DNA of 54,909 nucleotides, counting the filler, from Dirinaria sp. TL-2023a (taxonomy: Eukaryota): the NCBI GenBank assembly GCA_051941275.1. It is 2 parts of 2 records of this genome, joined end to end, with 100 filler letters (N's around TTAATTAATTAA, not from the genome) between each part and the next. Parts side by side here need not be neighbours in the genome. Positions count along the whole stretch, not along the records: positions 1 to 27,427 come from JAVEBF010000141.1; positions 27,528 to 54,909 come from JAVEBF010000142.1. The stretch is one strand, 5' to 3'. Below are positions 25,216 through 35,521 of the stretch, one piece after another. Position numbers and translations under genes: made by a program. Position 1 is the first letter of the stretch; every line of letters begins with the position of its first letter. A model generated the notes under the pieces. The model ran no database searches, was not told the origin of the DNA, and saw only the letters and a program-made list of their open reading frames with translations.

Positions 25216-25497
25216 TTCATTTTCATCATCATCATCTGCAGCTTTTGATCGTCTAACAATCTGCTTCTGAATGTCTAGGATGTCTGAATTTAAGAGAAAT
25301 TCTGGAACGTCTTTTCAAATGCGCACAATCAGTGGCAATCAACTAATGGGCTAGGTAATCTAACTTCTCCGTCGACAGATGCGTATTTGAACGCTTTATA
25401 CCAATAATCAACCTCGGTACCCTCGCATTCTCAGAATGGTCTCACGCTGACCATTTCCTGCTTATACGGACCTGCAATAGAACAGTCTCCGCAGACT

Positions 25498-26804
25498 TCA
25501 GGACTGATAACTAATAGATTGCTCGACACCATACTCATCATTTGGCATCGGGGCCCAGATAATTTCAATAATGCTCAGCACGGATCCTTCTGGTTTGGTA
25601 ACCCCTGCAATTCGAAAGCCAGGATCAGCGTCCTTGAACAACTTCTCCCAGTCGTGCAGATCACGTTCTTGTGCATTATTGAGCGCCCACATGTTCAGAT
25701 CGAACGACCTGAACCCGTCAGTGCTTTCGCTAGGATATCTAAAGAATCTTTGCTTGCCTAATAAATTTCTCTTGATACTTCGATATTGCGTTCGGATCAG
25801 GGATCACCTGATCCATAACTAGAACCCTCGCTCCATCTTTCAATGCTGGCACCAAAGCTCGTAGGATCCTGACAGCATATGCGTTCGACCAATTATGGAG
25901 AATAAATCGAAGAAGGTAGACATCGGCGTGTATGACCGGCTGAGCTTTGAAAAAATCGTGTTCCATGAAGATGACTCGGTGTATCAAATCCGAGTTCAGC
26001 TCTCTCCGACCAAGCTCCACAACATCGGGCCGGTCTTGAACAATGCACTTGATCGAAGGGAATTTTCGTGCAAGCGCGATGCTCACTGAACCCTGCGAGC
26101 CTCCAATATCAACTACCTTTCCATTCTCGATCGAACCCCATGGGAAACCGTCCACTACGTGATTTACTGCTACACCCGACGCTGTGGAAACCCACGACAT
26201 CGCTGCTGCATGTCGTTCTTCTCGTTCAGGATACTGCGCCATCGTTTCGAAGAATGTGGATTCGGTCTGGAACGCAACGTTGAACCCCTATTTTGCTCAA
26301 GAATGTCAGATCATGTTGTTGTGTCATTTGAACAGTTTTATACCGATTGATTCGGTTCCGAAGACTCTGGCCAGCGAACCAACGCATCGATATGCTTGAA
26401 AGCGGTGAGTGGAAGAGTCATCCATTGGGGAGGAGAATCAGTCAAGGACCTTTGTAGCAGCAGGCCAGAAGTCTTCGGCCGTCATCCCGATCCATTGCCT
26501 CATTCGGTGATTTTTAGCCAACATTTTGGAAGCGGCAGTGTGTCGAACGATGCCTCTTCGAGGCTCTTGAAAGATACGAAAAGTCATTGCATGACGGAGA
26601 AGTCTTTGAACATGACTTTCCGCCAGACCCGTCACGGCGGAGATGTTTGCGAATGTCGTCTCATCTTCACCTTCCGGGAAGCAGGTCGACAACCCGAATC
26701 GATAGATTGCATGGAGACTCGACCAGAAGTTATAATAGTGTCGCTTTTTATTTGTTATTTTAATAATTACCCTTGACCAACATTAAAAAAAAAGAAGAGA
26801 TACG

Positions 26805-26880
<76 letters not shown>

Positions 26881-27115
26881 GGACCGAATCATTGGTAAGA
26901 ATCCCCGCAGGACCCAGCACAAGCGCGTGAAGCTCGTCGGTCGCTTCCAAAACCAGTTGCCGTGACGCTGCTATACTTTGATCCAACAGCAAATCCGGGG
27001 GACAATCGGCATCAAAGGATGGAGTCGGAAGCTTTTCAGCCGTCAGATGGGCATTGATTGCATCCGCATGTTTGCCGATGATCGAAGCGAGCTCAATCAT
27101 ACGATCGTTAGCCAT
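25498..27115 (-). CDS. SAM-dependent O-methyltransferase (Methyltransf_2, fungal secondary-metabolite type), 5 exons
   Basis: ATG 27115. Exons 27115-26885, 26743-26450, 26394-26344, 26287-25758, 25708-25498. Motifs RLLRHAM, VRHTAAS, VVDIGGSQG, VQDRP, HDFF, YLLRFILHNW, RSFDLNMWALNNAQER. The last intron is GC-AG. Confidence 0.92.
26809..26879 (+). repeat. 71-nt poly(A) tract in intron 1 of the O-methyltransferase
   Basis: Uninterrupted A run seen directly. Confidence 0.9.
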
Positions 27116-27427
27116 TTCAAGAAGAATCAAAGAAGAGGAGAAAAAGAAGAAGAAAAAGCCTCTAATCAGAATTCTGTCTGAAGGCAGTTAGACATATATT
27201 GCATAGGTAACGTTGACGCAGGGACCGGGCAACCCACCTTCTTACATTACCTTAGCTTCGCTTTAGATCCCACTCTAGCATCGGGTTATGATACGCAATT
27301 CAGTCCATACATATGCATGTCATCCTACAAACCACCGCTAGGGAATCCTTCGAATTTATCCTTCCGTCCCGTTTGATCGATACCTTGGAAAAGATCTCAA
27401 TTCATCTATTGTTCCCGTCCAAAACAC

Positions 27428-27527
27428 NNNNNNNNNNNNNNNNNNNNNNNNNNNNNNNNNNNNNNNNNNNNTTAATTAATTAANNNNNNNNNNNNNNNNN
27501 NNNNNNNNNNNNNNNNNNNNNNNNNNN
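27428..27527. other. Artificial contig-joining linker / assembly gap (N44-TTAATTAATTAA-N44)
   Basis: Symmetric N runs totalling 100 nt around a palindromic 12-mer that gives TAA in all six frames. Confidence 0.95.
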
Positions 27528-28027
27528 GTTGCAGGATTAGAGACTGTTTTTAAGAGGAGCGAGCGGAAGAGGGGGTTGGGAATTCTGGAGCTGATATGAC
27601 ATACAAGGAACTTACCATTTAGTACGTCGAGGGTTCAAGCATCGTATCATTGTGAGAAAATCGAAAAATAAAACAAAATATAATCATTACTATTGAAGTC
27701 ACCTACTTAACGCCTTTTGCCTAAAGATAACACAGTATATAACAATTGAGAACAGCGTTTGAAAACGAGGGAAGTATATGTCTCGAGCCCGATATACACA
27801 GTTGTCGCAGCAGGAATCCCGACGTGGAACCATCTTTCGAGAATCTCAATAGCGTACTTGTCGGAATGCGAGAGGGATATTGACTAGAGAGGACATTCGA
27901 TGATGGTTGTTGGTGAGTATTTGGACCCTACTCTGCAACTGGGCGACCATGAATTTGAAGAGAGGGAGCGGATGTTATACACGGTAGGCGACCCGCTCAC
28001 AGGGATTGGAAACATCATGGGGTTCAA

Positions 28028-29227
28028 TTACGCCCAAACGAATCTGTCTCTCTTCTTCGTTGTCAAGTCCATCTCATTAAGGATCCACTCCTTATCCAGG
28101 ATCCACATGCGGTCCAGCATCCATAGCCGATCGAATATCCACGTCGGCTCGATGATTACCTCCGGCTCTGGGCGCTTGTCGAGTGGGACGTTGATGACGT
28201 ACCAGTCATCGAATTCATCGTAAAGATTGCAGTGACCGTCATAATGTTCGTATCTGTCCCATAGGCCTCCCTTTTCGTGGCAACTGTAATAATCTGGCCT
28301 TTGTATTGGAATCTCATCGATCAAAATATTGAACAGCTGCCAGTCGAGACGCTCGTCCTCGGTGCTCACCGGTGAGCTATCGGCGAGTATATTGAAAAGC
28401 TGAGGATCGAGGCGCATGTCTTCGAATAGAGTAGGCTCCGAGACTGCAGCCTCTTGGACTGCGCGGGCGCCAAACTGTATCAACTCGTCATCCATTGCCC
28501 ACTCCGGCACCGTGATATCACATCTCGTGAGACCCAGCCAGCACTCGTGGAGCTCCCACAGGCAACCGTATATGTGGTCGACGGTTGTTGGCACCGGCAC
28601 AAATGGCGCAATGGTATCGTCATATGGGTTCTGCAAGCCACAGCATCCAAAATTGGCGATATCGATTTCCAGCCGCTTCACGTTTTTGAAGACTCCGTAG
28701 CGCAGGCAGGACATAGACTTGAGTGACGCCCACACGCACTGCCAGTATCCATCGAATTCGCTGTCCCCCACATCTACCCGCAGTTTCTTCACACGGCTCC
28801 AATCCAGTCCTGGAAGAAATCGAGTGAAGTTGTCCCACCGCCATTCGCAGCCGGTATAACAGGGATCTGTCAAGAAATTGCGCAAATCGAAATGATGGGC
28901 AAATGTTAAATCGCCAATTTTGAGGACGAAGTTGCGACTGTAGAGAAGGTCCAAGGCCTCAAGATGCAACTGCCGATTCACGCTGCCAATGCCATCAAGA
29001 TATCGCATTAGTGAGAGGCGAAATGGTTCAGCGACACAGGATGTTAGGACCACTTGATCACAGTCTGTACAATAATTCCCAGTCTTGCATGCGTCCACAT
29101 CTCCACTTACAGAGAAAGAGATGGCCGCCGCGCCGTTTCTAGGTCGAGGAAGGAGGTAATCGAGGATGCCGAGACGGACATCATAAGGGAGCCGCATCAA
29201 AGGAAATGGTTTCGCAGCTGCCGCCAT
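28028..29227 (-). CDS. Hypothetical protein with N-terminal F-box-like (LPxE/DxR) motif
   Basis: 399-aa ATG ORF with FPLMRLPYDVRLGILDYLLP and a second block VNRQLHLEALDLLYS, shared with the ORFs at 31020 and 39820. Confidence 0.75.
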   Translation of the reverse strand: MAAAAKPFPLMRLPYDVRLGILDYLLPRPRNGAAAISFSVSGDVDACKTGNYCTDCDQVVLTSCVAEPFRLSLMRYLDGIGSVNRQLHLEALDLLYSRNFVLKIGDLTFAHHFDLRNFLTDPCYTGCEWRWDNFTRFLPGLDWSRVKKLRVDVGDSEFDGYWQCVWASLKSMSCLRYGVFKNVKRLEIDIANFGCCGLQNPYDDTIAPFVPVPTTVDHIYGCLWELHECWLGLTRCDITVPEWAMDDELIQFGARAVQEAAVSEPTLFEDMRLDPQLFNILADSSPVSTEDERLDWQLFNILIDEIPIQRPDYYSCHEKGGLWDRYEHYDGHCNLYDEFDDWYVINVPLDKRPEPEVIIEPTWIFDRLWMLDRMWILDKEWILNEMDLTTKKRDRFVWA

Positions 29228-31019
29228 GATAGCTGTGGCTAGTCCTAATAGTCGAGTAGATAAAAGGAGTTTCTATTGGGTAATTAGCAGGTTTGAAAAT
29301 CAGATATGCAGAATGTAAGTTCCTGTACTTGGGGATATGCTTTTCTTAAATACAGAGTCTAAAAAGCTTATCCTGCGGTGTTTCAAGCCTTCTGCCCTGA
29401 ATGATGAGGAATTTGACAGATAAACTGAGGAACATGGCGTTTTATACTTTCCGGTGAACGATGTGTCTCAACAACTCAACATTTAGTGAGCAACACCCTT
29501 GTGCCTGGTTTGATGGGCTGAGTCACACTAGAGAACTTCATCTGGCAGATGACTGAGTGTGGCATATTCCCTGATTTGTTGGGACAGTCGATAAAGATTT
29601 TTCCCCCAACAAAATTAAACATCGAACCAGGATCAACACTTGTTGAAGGATTATATATTATGAAAGACAGTACAATGAAAGAATGTTGTGAGCGTGAAAC
29701 ATAATAGAAACATATATATACCGCGCTATCCCTTCGTACAGTGATGCGGTTCCAGCTTGCTAAGGCTAATTCTGATGATATTTTGTGGGGAAGGTAGTCA
29801 AGGCATAGTCAAAATAGAGTGCCACAGTATCTCTCGACGCCTCTGACTAACGGAGCCAAGAATTTCGTCTTCTGGACTTTTGCGGAGTAATGAAAGAGTA
29901 ATAGGTGCCAAGAGTAGATCCCGAAATATATAGAGCATACCAGAACATGGCTGCTGAGTGCGTTGGTCCATGTTGCCTGAAATACTTCATCAAAGTAGTA
30001 TCATGAGAGCTTGACTCAGGTTTTGTATGGTCGATGCTGGTAGCAAACAGCTACTTGAAAGCAGAAGGCAAACATGCCGTCGGCTTTGTTTTCGGCAAAC
30101 TTCATCGGGGATTAGCATTACAGCCGGCACGTCTGCATATGCTCAACCGATCTATAGGGTTTCGCGCCTGTCTGTGGCCAGCGATGATATTGATCGCGGA
30201 GAACGCTGGAAATTGCGCTCTAGCCGCTTTCCTAAGTTAGTATTATTCAAGGGTTGTGGTCAGATAGTTTGCGACTGGTTATAGGGGTCTAGGCATATAG
30301 GTGACCCCGGGGCCTTCCTAGAATTAGAATTATTATTATGGCGTTCAATTGTTTTCAATAGAGAGCCCATTAGCTCCTGGAACTAGATGGGAAAACGGAT
30401 GAACAGGATAATTGAGCTGTTGGCTTTGACGCTAGCCGCTTTGAGATTTTTGGATGGTGGCCAGCGAGAGAGTACGGAGTGCATGTTTAGTAAGACAGAG
30501 GGAAAAAGGGTTCTTTCCTGCTCGTCCTGGCCCTGCTGTTAGGGACTGAGAATGGCACATGTTATTGATATTGACGCATGTAACAATGGATTGAAAATAA
30601 TTGATTCCACATCCTCTGCAGATTGTCAACAGAGCAGTACAAGATTGCCCCAACCCTGAAGCTCAAAAACAGTATTAGTAACACAGCACATCGAGCTACT
30701 AAGCCTTTGCCGGAATCTCCATTGGCATACAATGTCATCGTTTGATGCATGAGGCTATGATGGCTGATCAAGTAGGTGTATTGGCTGGTAGTTTTCAAAG
30801 TAGAAAGTTAGCTCAATAATGTGAGCGTATCCTCCTTGGGGAGGGAAGAGGGAATTCATACGCGTTCTAGGATTGTCTTAGAGACTACAATCGTGGTTGA
30901 CGCCGACTGAGAGACGTTTTAAGTAAGGAAGCATGTTGTCAATTGCTGCTATAGATCAGTGGTTGTGAGGGAATTGATGGACGACCGCGTGCTATAAGCT
31001 TTAGCGATCTAAGTACAAC

Positions 31020-31913
31020 TCAGAGTAATCCACGCGCGCAATTCCACATATGGATCCAATACTCAAAGGCTCCCCTCTTGTATCCGCTGTCCTCGGTGAC
31101 GACACCCAAGTCAAAGATGACTGACAGCCTTTCCTGCTTCTGTAAATCGCTTAGGATCAAATTTCCGTTGCAAGCCCCTTGTAACGTTGTTGGGAGATGC
31201 AATTCGCACTTCTGCGCCATACTCATGTCTTTCAATAACGGCCGTAGCGCAGCCATATAGTCTTTCGGAGTAGGCCATGTGTAGGCAAATCCCCTCCACG
31301 AATAGGGATTCTCATCTTCTTCGACCTGAACATCGAAGAAGTTGACGGTGAGATGCCTCAGAGGTTCTCCTAAGAGATGCTCACTGAGTCCCCGTAGAAC
31401 TTCCTTCAAATAAGAGAAGAATTCTGATGGAAAATAGGGTAACTGGATATCGATAACTAGTTTCGCGACTTTATCTAGCCTGAGGTCCACGATGAATCCT
31501 GCCCAGTCAAGTTTGTTTTTGACATAGGCCAGATTCCAATGAGTTTTGTCTGTTCCAAAGTTCGTACATTCGACTGTGATCGGGAATGAATACTGGTCAA
31601 TGTGCAGTTCATACGTCTGATTGTGCATGATGTGCAAAGCGTCAGAATGGCACTGGCGACTGACTAGCATGATCCTGAGATCGTATCGCCCGTAACGCCT
31701 TTCGTCTCCATCTTCACGTTGCAGGATCAAACCGGTTGTGAGCTGCACTGTGCTTGATGCGGATCGCTTGGTTGCGATGTAGTTGGAGAACCGTTCTCGA
31801 CAGGGTAAGAGATATTCGAATATTTGGAGCCGTATTTCAAGCGGAAGCTGCAACAGCCGACTTGGAGTTTGAGCCATAGATCTAGCTGGATCTCCGAGCG
31901 AACGTGGATCCAT
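31020..31913 (-). CDS. Hypothetical protein with N-terminal F-box-like motif
   Basis: First ATG 31913 (MDPRS; the ORF-track start is TTG). Contains LLQLPLEIRLQIFEYLLP and IMLVSRQCHSDALHIMH. Confidence 0.75.
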   Translation of the reverse strand: MDPRSLGDPARSMAQTPSRLLQLPLEIRLQIFEYLLPCRERFSNYIATKRSASSTVQLTTGLILQREDGDERRYGRYDLRIMLVSRQCHSDALHIMHNQTYELHIDQYSFPITVECTNFGTDKTHWNLAYVKNKLDWAGFIVDLRLDKVAKLVIDIQLPYFPSEFFSYLKEVLRGLSEHLLGEPLRHLTVNFFDVQVEEDENPYSWRGFAYTWPTPKDYMAALRPLLKDMSMAQKCELHLPTTLQGACNGNLILSDLQKQERLSVIFDLGVVTEDSGYKRGAFEYWIHMWNCARGLL

Positions 31914-32796
31914 AAGAGACAAAGTCAATTTTGACTTGTTAAGCTCAGAGATTATCGTACATTTGTGTGCTCCCTGTATGTGGAAAGAGAAGCTTCTGTT
32001 TGGATGCGAGTAGTTTCTTATAAGCTTTTTTGCTGTAACATAAGCCACACAGTATAAACACAATGGCTGGTCATCTCCTGATATTTGACACGAACAACAA
32101 CTTACCTTTGTTCACACTAATTATTCACGCAGACACTGAGAGGTTCCTCGGTTCTAACACTGCGAAATCTGCCGAGTTTTGCCCGAAGGGCCCAACCAAA
32201 TTTTAGTCATCAAAGTAATCGGGAGAACTTTGATCCGAAATTGCGAGATCAACACCCGAGGACCTAACCTGAAGTGATCATGTCAGTCCCACCAGAATTT
32301 TCAAGGCATGTTCTTACCAATGATTACCACTGGAATTGCAGGCAGAGAGTTCGGAAATCTGTATCAACCCTGAGCAGTCATATCTCGGCATAACTTGTAG
32401 CGTGTGCCATCGACCGCCGCAACTCTAAGCATGAAATCCTAGAGATCTAGCCTCTCATCTCGGTAGGAGAGTTTATCTTGGGACCCATCAAATCCCGCAC
32501 GAATCCCACGATTGTACTCTTAACCGTCATACCAAGCTTCTAACTCAAAAATCGGTGCCCGATTGGCAGGTTTTCGATACAGAGCCTCATGCAGGACCGA
32601 TGCGCCTCCAGACTGAACTTGAGCTTTGTTTCATTCACCTAGCTGTTTGCCATTAAAGCCGGATCTGCGAATTCTGAGTCTCAAGTTCTACTAATTTATC
32701 TTATACTTTTCTACTGCATATATGAAACAGATTTTAAGAGCCTTTCTTGCTCTACACCGTTTCAGATCTGCTATTCTACCTAATGGACATGGAGAA

Positions 32797-32962
32797 TCGT
32801 TTTCACCTACTTTCTTGCCTCATCTACTTTCTTGTCAGGGTTAGGGTTACACGCAGTTTTTCCCCTTAGGGTTGATTGAAGGTATTTTGATGGGGTGAAA
32901 CATAGTCAGTAACCCTAACCCTGACAAGAAAGTACGTGAGGCAAGAAAGTAGGTGAAAACGA
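32797..32962. mobile_element. MITE-like foldback: 54-bp inverted repeats containing telomere-type (TTAGGG) motifs
   Basis: Arm 32797-32850 matches the reverse complement of 32909-32962 at 52/54 positions. The inner ends read TCAGGGTTAGGGTTAC / GTAACCCTAACCCTGA. The 58-bp spacer carries another TTAGGGTT. No clear target-site duplication. Confidence 0.7.
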
Positions 32963-34503
32963 GTATCATTTTTCTCGTCGGCGCGTATAGTAGTCATAAC
33001 CTTGACTATCGCAAGATTATGACTATTCTTTTATTAGGTTATATTGTGCTTCGAGAAGACGAGCACTTCTTTCAGCAAGTCAATGTTGAAACGCAATTGT
33101 TCAGTACACAACATGGTATTTATGACCCAGTCAAATCAGCTCAGTCAACTGCTCATCAAATCTTCTTCGATTCAGAAACGCTTGCAAAATTTTTGTTCAT
33201 CTTTCTTTAAGCATTTTCCGCCGATGAGTCATCGGGCGACATGAGGGACAATTTACAGTTGCCACAGTGCCATTTTTACGGGTAGCGGCATACGTGAAGA
33301 AGGTGACTTGGTGTCGTCTGAGACGGGTCGGATGAGTGGTACGAAGTAGATTCCTGAGCTATTGCGAAGTTATACACTGCTAGCAGCATAAACACTCAAG
33401 CAACGTCATAAAGATAAGTTTACCACTTCCGACGTCTAAGTAATACATGAAGCTAGGGACGGCTTCCTTCTAACGAGGACAGAGCTTGTGGCGAAATGAT
33501 CGCTAGATAAGTATCTTCTGAAGCTGGCGAGGCTAATTTCTGTGACCCATCTCTGGCGGAGCATTTTCTCCGAACATGCAGTACATACAGCTTCCTTTCG
33601 TGCTGTTCATTTCGGAGACTCGCTTCAATCATTTGAACGTCTCCAGGAAGCTCGAGGTCCATGAATGACCTTATGCAAGGCATAGCACCTAAAACTATCA
33701 CGGTGCAACGACCTTTATTGGGCCCCACATTTGGAATGATTGGAGCAAATCAAGATTGATCGTGATGCTTGCTGTCCAGCTTGCGCTCCCAACAATGATG
33801 AGATCACATTCGGTTCTCTTTCCGACCACGGACCACTGGTGCTCATAAATGACCGTGGAAAAGTAGTAGTGGAAGCGTCGAATGAATTGATTAATTGTGA
33901 ACGTGGCAAAAGAGCTTTCCCCGCTTTCTCTCGGCTTCCCGTTCTTCCGCTCTTTGCAGATGCAGCTAGTCAGCCTGCAACCACCACCAGTGATCCAATC
34001 ATCAGCTTCAGCGACCGCCACCAAAGCTTAGCTCCGACGTCTAGCTTGGCGACTTGCATCCAGCGTCTTCCAGATTCAGCATCGTCACTACCCAGAATGC
34101 CATTCTCGTGCCTCCCTTCGGCCTCCCTTCGGCCTCCATCCACTCATTGGATTTCTCCGTCTCCGCATCCGTCGCTGCCGTTGACCATGGAAAGTACTTA
34201 CCGAGTACGGAGCTACTACTTCTCCTACCTAATTCCTTTTCCCACACAAAAGTCATGATGTCAGTAATTGGCTCGCAGCTTCCCTCGACCCCCGCAGACG
34301 TCAAAGGTCCAGTAGCAGCACCAGTAATAATTAATGGGGAGCAGCGAGAATAACAAAGGTAGGGCCAGGCTCTGGTCTTATATATTCCCCGACCTTCTCA
34401 TTTGATTGCTGTCTGCTCGGTCACCGATCGTTACAGCAAAAGTCTGTCCATACGTTCCCTGCAACAAGCCTTCGTTATTTGCAGACTACTACTTTAGTCC
34501 ACA

Positions 34504-35521
34504 ATGCGTTTCTCATCCGCGGTGTTGGCCGCTGGTCTTGCGCCACTGGCGCTTGCCCATCCATTGGAAAAGAGGCAGAATGCTTTGCCGACGGCGAAGA
34601 GCGTTGCGGATGAGAATGTTCTGCAGCTCGCCAACTACCTAGAGAACCTCGAGTTTGCATTGTACAGCGGTGGCTACGAGAAGTTCACAGATGCTCAATA
34701 CACTGCTGCTGGGTTTCCCGCCGGGTTCCGTGAGAACGTTGGTGTCATCGCTCAGGTATGGCACTTCTCGACTTCAGATCCCATACATGCAGCAAAAGCT
34801 CACAGCTCCTTTCTTCCAGCATGAGGCAACCCATGCCGCAACGCTTGGCACCATCCTGACCGATTCCGGATACAAAGCAGTCCCCCCATGCACCTACAAC
34901 TTCCCATACACGGACCCGGTCTCATTCGTCGACCTCGCCAACATGATCACCTCGGTCGGCATTGGCGCCTACTTAGGCGGCGCATCGCAGATCACTGATA
35001 ACCCGACGCTGGAAACCGCTTCAGGCACAATCCTCACCGTCGAAGCGCGCCATGATGCATATCTTCGTGCTGGCGTCGGCGGCTCGCCGTTCCCGACCGC
35101 CTTTGACACAGCCCTAACGTCCGTCTTCGCCTACAATCTTGCCCAGATGTTTATCGTCAAGTGTCCCATGCAACTACCCATCACGATCCTTCCCAAGCTT
35201 ACGCTCGCCGCCCCAGCCCCATCGCCGCATCTGACGCCCGTGGCTGCTGGGACCCAGCTCACGTTTAAATACGATCCGTCGACTTTCTTTGTTAAAGTTG
35301 ACCCCAAAGCGCCTTTGTACATAGCTTTCATTAACCAGGTCACCAACACCACCTTCGTCCAAACCAAGAGTTGTGGCACCGGTTGTGCCAACGTGGCGCT
35401 TCCGGCTGGTCTGGGTAGTGCTGTCTTCGCCGTCTTGACTACCTTCAGCGGCGGCCTGAATGAGGATCAGGTCACTCAATTTGGAACCCTTGCCGGGCCG
35501 GCCGAGATCATCGCGTCGTGA
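34504..35521 (+). CDS. Secreted ferritin-like protein (Rds1 / Ferritin_2 family), 2 exons
   Basis: Signal peptide MRFSSAVLAAGLAPLALA followed by a KR site. Intron 34756-34819. Motifs LENLE, QHEATH, CTYNFP, VGIGAYLG, ILTVEARH and PFPTAFDT are typical of Rds1-like proteins. Confidence 0.85.

Noticed and set aside
26807..26884. Poly-Phe tail of ORF 26807..27130
   Set aside because: It is read-through into the poly(T) of O-methyltransferase intron 1.
27472..27483. TTAATTAATTAA palindrome as a biological site
   Set aside because: It is centred in symmetric N padding, so it is an assembly linker.
32836..32924. TTAGGG units as a true telomere or chromosome fusion scar
   Set aside because: Only about 2 units per arm, embedded in longer non-telomeric inverted arms, with a dispersed relative; a foldback element fits better.
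33453..34353. Overlapping ORFs upstream of the Rds1-like gene
   Set aside because: Mostly non-ATG starts and Ser/Pro-rich random-like translations; probably promoter sequence.
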